Origin: the human T2T-CHM13v2.0 reference genome, Homo sapiens
DNA length: 64,000 nucleotides
Direction: 5' to 3' (one strand)
NCBI RefSeq assembly: GCF_009914755.1
Contig: NC_060928.1
Shown here one piece after another: positions 51,813 through 64,000 of the stretch (its first letter is position 1; every line of letters starts with the position of its first letter). The notes beneath the pieces were generated by a model. It was given only the letters and a program-made list of their open reading frames with translations, ran no database searches and was not told the origin of the DNA. A program made the translations under genes and the position numbers.

Positions 51813-51894
51813 TAATTTGTGTTTACATTAATTTTTTTTCAGTTAACATTATTTCATATATACTTCTCCATAACTCTGCCACTAAAAGCAGCTC

Positions 51895-52385
51895 TGGCTG
51901 GACAGGGTGGCTTGCACTTGTAATTCCAGCACTTTGGGAGGCTGAGGTGGGTATATTGTTTGAGCCCAAGAGTTCAAGACCAGCCTGGGCAACATGGTGA
52001 AACCATGTCTCTACAAAAATACAAAAATCAGCCAGGTGTGGTGGCCTGCCTCTGTGGTCCCAGCTGCTTGGGAGGCTGAGGCAGGAGTATTGTTTGAGCC
52101 AAGGAGGCAGAAGTTGCCGTGAGCCAAGATTGGGCCACTGCCTTTCAGACTGGGTGAAAGAGTGAGATCAGAGTAGTAATGAAGAAAAAGGCTAGGTATG
52201 GGAAATAGTACAGAGTAGGGCACCATAGGACTAATTCATAGATTTAAAGGGTGTAAAGGAAAGATGAATTAAATATGACTCCTTGGCTTTTTAGAGAAAA
52301 TTATTATTAGTGTTTAGATCTAGGTATTTCCCACACCTAGCCTTTTTCTTCATCACTACCCTTGTCTCAAAACAATTTATAAATA
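51895..52385 (+). mobile_element. AluJ-like element interrupted near its 3' end by a ~200-bp non-Alu insert
   Basis: Alu reads ...gagtgaga[insert]tgtctcaaaa. See findings. Confidence 0.85.
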
Positions 52386-54710
52386 AAAATTTTTAAAGGA
52401 GTTCTATAACTTGGATTTTAAAATTCTCTATGGGCTTTGGTTTCTTCTGTAAAATGAGGCAGTTGGGCTATTAAATGATTTCTAAAAAATTTCCAGCTCT
52501 AATATTCTGTGACAATATCTAGGATTGACAAGGGGAATAATGGAAATATAGCACAAATGACACAGGAGTCTTCTTTGAAGAACAAGGTTACTCCAAAACA
52601 TGGATGCTGCTTAATGGGCCATAACTTTCCTGTTGTCCATGAGTCAGCATGAAAAATAACTCCAGAGGAGGCTAAGTAGGTCAGATTTATCTAAGAAGAC
52701 AGCTGTGTAATCCCGTATCCCTCTCCAACCCCATGGCACAGCAGATACATGCTTTTGGCTCTGTGAACAACAGTCAAATAGCATTACCCATTTTGTAAAG
52801 TCCACAAGACCACAACTTGAAAAATCAAGCTGGCCTTACAAAGTCTAGAAAAAGCTATAGCAGTATTTACATATGGTCCATAGCAATGTTAGTCTATCTT
52901 TTAAGTCATTTCCATTGATGCTGTGATACTCGTTAATGTGGGAAAGACTTTATTAGTAAAAGAGTAAAGTAATTTAAATGTTAGCAAAAAAGTTTTGTAT
53001 CACAACTTTGAATCTGTTTAACAAAACCGGTTAGGCTGTTAATGTTTGCTTGCTTTCCTTTATACGTATTATACTCATATGAGGACTTAAAATTACATTC
53101 TGTAAATAAATAGGCCCATGAGAGAACTTTCATTTAGAAGCAAACTTTGAAGGTGCAGTTACTGCTTAAGTGGGCTGTGCAAATATTCCTGTCACTGGAG
53201 GTCCCTTTAACTGCGTGGGGGACCTTCAGAATCCAAGGGGCAAATAGAAACTTGGAGAAGTGAAGAGAAAAAAAGGGCACATTGAGATGGCACTGGAGAT
53301 CCTTGCTAAATAAAGGAAGATGTTGGCAAGGAATACAGAAAAAAGTATGAAACAGAGACTACTGGAGGTATTCAAGTTGGAAAATGCAAAGTGTCCCTTT
53401 TTTTTTTCACATCAACAACTTACGTTTATGCTAATCTACTTAAATGTTAAGTCTGGCCAAGCAATTAGACTATTTAACCTTGTTTGGAGTTAAATGCAGA
53501 CAGTGTGTGAGACTGTGTTCACAGTACTGTATTACGTCTTTAGGAAAGAGGATCTAGATTTCATTTTGTCCTTCTCAGGATTGTGTCTGCTATGCAAGCA
53601 CTGGTTTTCTATAGTCTGGCTTGTAAGGCACAAGGAGCAATTAAACAGAGGATTAAGGTAAACAGGTGTGTCCCATCACTTCCCCTCTTCATACTATATT
53701 GTTCATATTCTCTGAATTTCATACAAGCTACAGTGGAAGCAGTAAGTTAACTTTAAAAAATCATAAGATTGCCCATACTTCTAGGTTATGCAAATTGATT
53801 TCTGAATAAGCCCTTGTTTGCGACATCGCTGGTAAAGGCAGGATGTTAACTTAAAGAGATGCCAGATTTTGGACTTGTTAGTTATAGGCATCAAAACCTG
53901 GAACTAGGAAATGTATTTCCACGTATTACTTCCATTATCCTACTAATGTTAGAAACAGGCAACTAACCACATCCTCGACCCCAACCATATTTCAGGAGAG
54001 GCTGGCTGAATTTTGCAATATGATTCCAAAAGGGAGTATTTGCAGGGTCTTTGAAGCTATAAATCCCCTAGGAAGAGTCTTCCCCACCTGTCAGGACCTG
54101 GACAGTGTCCACAGAGGGTGCCGGGCGCACTACCGCCACGCGGCGCTGAGGTCTGCCTCTCGGGTTTTGGGAGAGCTCTTTTTATTCTAAATTACAGACT
54201 TTGCAGCCACCGGATATCCTCGCTGCATAACTGGCAGTGGCCATGTGGCTGCACTCGCGTTTCCTGACAACCACTGCATTATTTCCACTAATATCCTGTG
54301 TCCAAGGCCTCTCGCTTGGCGACTCCTCGTTCCCACCTCCACCGCCACCTCTTCCCTCGAGGGTAATCTCTCGACCGTGGCCCAAGCGCCTCGACAAAGC
54401 GGCAACCACCCAAAAGTTCATGAAAATGCACTTGGCAAAAAGTGGGCCGCTAGTCCCCGCGGACAGCTCTAAGCGACCCCGTCCCAGCCGAGGAAAGCGC
54501 CCGGGCCCCGCAGAGTGCGCGCTGCGGGGCGGGCCCGCGGCCATGTGCTCCGCGCCGGGGCGGGGCACCCGCGGGTTCGCATTGTCCACTTTCCCCCGCA
54601 CCCCGCCGCGTTCCGTCCCTCCCTATCTGCGGCGCACACGCGCTCAGAGCAAGCGGCGCGCCCGGGTCTGGAGCTGCAGCAGCTGCGGCAGCGGCGGGGG
54701 TGGTGCGGCG

Positions 54711-54745
54711 CGGGGCGGGGCGGGGCGGGGCGGGGCGGGGCGGGG
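54711..54745 (+). repeat. (CGGGG)7 tandem GC-box array
   Basis: Seven perfect CGGGG units about 90 nt upstream of the ATG. Confidence 0.95.
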
Positions 54746-54837
54746 CGGCACGGGGGCGGGCCCGGGGCGAGGCAGCTGGGGCGCCAGCGAGCTAGCGGCG
54801 AGCGCGGCGAGCAACGGAGAGGAGCGCGAGCAGCAGC

Positions 54838-54961
54838 ATGGCGGGGCTCCGACGCCCGCAGCCCGGCTGCTACTGCCGCACCGCGGCGGCCGTGAACCTC
54901 CTGCTGGGCGTCTTCCAGGTCCTGCTGCCCTGCTGTCGCCCGGGAGGGGCTCAGGGACAAG
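54838..54961 (+). CDS. TMEM131L: TMEM131L (KIAA0922) exon 1, coding part (signal peptide region)
   Basis: ATG in strong Kozak context (agcATGg). Translates [41 protein letters not shown], the recalled TMEM131L N-terminus. Donor AAG|gtcagc at 54961/54962, phase 1. Confidence 0.93.
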
Positions 54962-55650
54962 GTCAGCCTTGCGCCGCTGGGCTCGCTCTGCCTCTCCACC
55001 CCGCCCCCGCTCTTTCTTTTAGGGAACTGCTGAAATCTATAAGAGGGCGAGGGGAGGAAAGGGAAAGGGGCAGGAGGAGGAAGGAAAGCTGTTGCGATTC
55101 TCCGCTGATAACATTTTCTGACCACAGCGTCCCGTCCCGCGCCTCTCTGCCCCGTACAGCTGGAGAGCGGGGCAGTCGCGGGGCTTGGGGACCGCTAGCC
55201 GCTCGCGCCCTGGAGCCTTTGTGCGCGGGCCCCTGCGCCCCGGGCGCAGCCCCCGCTTTGTGTGGCGCGCGCGGGTGCCCCGCAGCGGCCCGGCTTCCTG
55301 CAGCTTTGTTCCCCCGAGCCTGGCCGCCCAGGGTCCACACTCCAGATGCTCGGGCTGCGGAGCCCGGAGTGCCTCGTGGGGTGTCTTCACTCCCACTTCG
55401 TCCCCCCACCCCCAGCACGAGCACCCCGAGCCTGCCTGCACGCTGTCGCCTTCGCGTCCGAGGGGCCGCCGGCTCACACCCCACCCATTGTATTTTTATC
55501 CTTGGCTCGCCCCTGGGATGGCCTCTGTTCCCAGGAGGAAAAAGAGACGTGTTTTGGTGAGGCGGGGGGCACGGAGGGACGGTAGGGGAAACAGGAAGCG
55601 TTTCTTTAGCGTGCATTAAAAACGTGGTGTATTTTTTGGTGTTCCTGCAG

Positions 55651-55721
55651 CGATTGAGCCGTTGCCGAACGTGGTGGAGCTGTGGCAGGCAGAAGAAGGG
55701 GAACTCCTGCTGCCCACTCAG
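55651..55721 (+). CDS. TMEM131L: TMEM131L exon 2
   Basis: Acceptor gttcctgcAG and donor CAG|gtgagg. In frame with exon 1: (A)[23 protein letters not shown]. Confidence 0.93.
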
Positions 55722-57033
55722 GTGAGGACGACCAGGTGACAGGGCGGCTGTGGGTGTACGAGGGAGGAGAGGCGGGGAGGCCCCCGGTCCTCCCCACCCC
55801 CTGTCCAAGCGGCACAGGCGTTCGGGCCACTTTGCAAGGCAAATAAACGTTAGGGGCCGAGCCTGAACACCTGGCAACGGTGGCCTTCCCGGCTCCTCCC
55901 ACGCCATGTGACAGGGCCTGAGGCAGGCCGGCCCCAAGTTCAGAAGGTGGGAACCCAGGCCACCTCAGCAGGGAAGCGGCCAGCGGTCTGTTCGGCCGTG
56001 GGTGTCCTGGGTGCACACTGTTCCCTAAGTGAGCTGGTGCTGTGTGGATGGCAAGTGGCTAAGAGGTTGAGGACAACAGGAGTATTGATTTCATAAATGT
56101 TAGAGTGGTATTTGCCATTAGCGTTAAGTAGCTTTGGGATGGAGATGTGACTCTCAAGGATTGTCATCTTGGATTTTCTCCAAGTGCCCTTAATTCCTGT
56201 TAAAATACACCCACTTAAGAACTTGAATTTCTGGTTTTTTTCTCTGTATGATGATATGATGATTGCGTGTAGAAAAATAATTACTGACGTTTTATTGGGA
56301 ATCTGTAGCATCATAGAGGGTTTATTGCTGCAACAGATACAGTACTGCAAAGCTTTTAACTTTTACAAGAAATTCCCATTGACTGTGAAGTGTGCACATT
56401 TAAATATAATGTTGTTGACTGCCTTTCACCAGTAACGGTAGTGATCCAAAATGCATTTTTTGGGTGGGAGTGGCTTGAATTATAAGGAAATATTTAGCTT
56501 GTGTGCAGTACTTTTTAAGATGTTCATTACTTCCCACGGTGGTGGCAGCACTTAATTCTGTGTTGTGTCTTGCGGCTGTTTAGAAAAACAGGATGTCTAG
56601 CTATAACTTTACCGGAGAGGCTGTCCAGTTTTACATTTCAGTTTTCTCCCTCCTATGTGAAACATTCAGAGTGCTGGTTTTGAGATATTTAGAATATTCA
56701 TTTTGATCAGGGCTAATGAATAACAGCTTCAAGGCAGAGAGGTGATTTTAGAGGAGAATTTTCCTGGACCCTCCTTGAAGGCCAGCAGCCTGAATGAGAC
56801 AGGTCTTTTGAGAAAGGGCCCCATCAGGATGAGGAGCAGATAGTTTTTCCTTCTCCTAAAAATTTATTCCCAAATGGATTTTTTCCCCGATTTTAAATAA
56901 TATACATGTGTTTTTGAAGGTTTGGAAGATACAGAAATATAAAAAGAACAAAATAGAAATCCGTCGTATTCCTACTGCAAGAACGACATTTAACGCGATG
57001 TATTTATTTTAAAAAAATTATGTTTTTGTATAT

Positions 57034-57277
57034 CAGAGTTGTTCAACAGTGGCACTGGTGACATTTTGGGCTACAGAGTTCTTTGTTGTGGGGGCTGTCC
57101 TGTGCACTGTGAGATGTTGAGCAGTTAGCATCCCTTGCCTCTACCCACTAGATGCCAGTGGCACTCACTGCTGCTTCCCCCTCTCCCCCACCCCCTCCTG
57201 ATTTTGACAACTAAAAATGTTTCCAGACATTGCTAGATGTCCCTGGGGAGCAAAACTGCCCTGGTTGAGAAGCACTG
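57034..57277. mobile_element. MER20 hAT-Charlie DNA transposon in TMEM131L intron 2
   Basis: cag...ctg termini with tctttgttgtgggggctgtcctgtgcactgt...ctctacccactagatgccag...aaaatgtttccagacattgc. 8-bp TSD ttgtatat / gtgtatat. Confidence 0.88.
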
Positions 57278-57754
57278 GTGTATATCTATGTATATGTATT
57301 TGCATTTTTGCTCAATTATAGTTTCTATCTCTTACTGGCTAGTGTTGGAAGCCAACCCAGACTAAAAGGAAAGTAAATTATAGGTGATTGAGTCTAGTAG
57401 TATATACTCTCATTTGTTAGAGCGTTAGTTGAAGATTTAGTAGGTGTGCTCAGAGATGGAAATGTCAAGGCCTAAATGATTATTTGATTTATGGGCTCAA
57501 AAGTTATTTTATACAATTCTTAATTTCTGGTTTATTTGTATAATACAATTTGTTTTGATAATAGATGTCAGAATTCAGAAGCTGTCTGGGATATTCAGTA
57601 TAGAGGGATTTATAGCTAAGCTATTTTAATCAAAGCTATAATGAAAGTGAAACTGGTTTTCAAAATAATTTTCTAAATACTTCATCCATATCTCTACGTA
57701 TACCTTTTAGAAACTATCTTGCCCTGCTTATACCTGGGCCCAAGGGTAAGGGAG

Positions 57755-57804
57755 ACACACACACACACACACACACACACGTGTGTATGTGTGTGTATAT
57801 ATAT
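57755..57804. repeat. (AC)13-(GT)n-(AT)n compound microsatellite
   Basis: 50 bp of alternating purine-pyrimidine sequence. Confidence 0.92.
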
Positions 57805-58074
57805 CTCATAAGCTACAGAGAGTTTTGAAGAAAGTTATTTTAAGTGAATTATTTTCAAAGTATTTTGAATTTTTTCAGCAAAAATTCCCTCATATGTGTC
57901 AAACGGAGTCTGTTGAAAAGAGAATATTTATAGGTGTTAATTTAAATTTGAGGGTTTTCTGCTTAATTAACCAGTACATTGGGTTTCTTTCATGCAGGAA
58001 GACTGAAAGATGGCTTCAGAGGCTAAGATTTGTCAGTAGTAGATGAAATAGGAACTTTAGAGGATGTGGCATTA

Positions 58075-63296
<5,222 letters not shown>

Positions 63297-64000
63297 TGTG
63301 AATTCCATTTTTAAGAGAATACCATGGGGCAGTCTTGGTCACTTGTCAAACTGGGTCCCTTAGAGGTACACGAAGACACTCTAAGTGGTGTATAAGTGGG
63401 AGGATAACTTGCAAGGACTACGCTTCCAGACCCCCAGGGTGTAGGTATCTCCTAAAGCTGATCTGAGTTGTAAGTTACCATTTTCCACCTCTGCTTTCAC
63501 AATCTCTTTTCTCCACGTTACAAAAGAAAGCTGTATCTTCCACCCAGCCCCAATCCTGCTGTTGGCTTCATCTTGGGCAAAGAGGCAATTTGAAATATTG
63601 GTGTTTGTTAGGAAAAAGTGATCCACTCTGATTGGATGACAAATTCTTTAGTAACTTTGGTGGTTTTCAGATCGTTCCTTTTAGTAAAATTGAAGGAGGA
63701 CCCAATGAATTTGACAACTGATAGATCATTCAAGTTACTTTTAATGATGGCTCACTGTGTGATTTTTAGATGAAACACTGAGGTAGTTTAGAGAATATAC
63801 GGATAGTGCTGTAATAAAGCTGTTTCAGTACTTACAAGCTTTTTCAGTACTTACATTTAAAAAAGTTAAAAAGGAAAGGATTAAGTTGATAAAAAACCTG
63901 TCTCATTCTAGTAGTGGGTAATGTTCACATCAACCAGTTGGGGGGAAAATAGCTCTGTTCATCTCATTAAAGGATGCATTTTCAATAAGATTTTACTTTC

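Larger units (their letters stand above)
54110..56000. promoter_or_regulatory. TMEM131L: CpG island / TATA-less promoter of TMEM131L
   Basis: Abrupt rise in GC and CpG density across the upstream region, exon 1, intron 1 and exon 2. Multiple GGGCGG boxes and no recognisable interspersed repeats. Confidence 0.92.

Noticed and set aside
54105-54125. CTCF-like ccacagagggtgcc at the CpG island edge
   Set aside because: Too many mismatches to the core motif to call without ChIP data.
54182-56016. Long overlapping ORFs (261, 218, 324 aa and others) in the CpG island
   Set aside because: Stop-codon scarcity in GC-rich DNA gives low-complexity Arg/Gly/Pro/Ala peptides. Only the spliced TMEM131L frame is supported.

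Overview
Primate DNA, most likely human 4q31.3, identified from recalled protein sequences rather than a database search. The window holds the last coding exon and poly(A) region of MND1 (+, 3192-3298), about 51 kb of Alu-saturated intergenic DNA, and then the CpG-island promoter and first three coding exons of TMEM131L/KIAA0922 (+, 54838-54961, 55651-55721, 62285-62328). A manual count gives roughly 70-75 Alu/FLAM/FAM copies, plus MaLR LTRs (MLT1, THE1, MST), DNA transposons (Tigger3, MER63, MER58, MER20), L1, L2 and MIR. Nearly all ORFs in the supplied track are Alu-, L1- or GC-content artefacts. I see no evidence of a new multi-gene system. The most unusual signal is a complex templated insertion in an old Alu at about 52165-52362. 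It is a forward plus inverted copy of DNA from 5.6 kb upstream and preserves the empty site of a later Alu. Other observations are a target site reused by two SINEs, a twin-primed L1 with a micro-templated scar, a young AluYd-type element, a (CGGGG)7 promoter repeat, a possible orphan poly(A) retrocopy and several candidate enhancers. Repeat subfamily calls are by eye and need RepeatMasker/Dfam confirmation.
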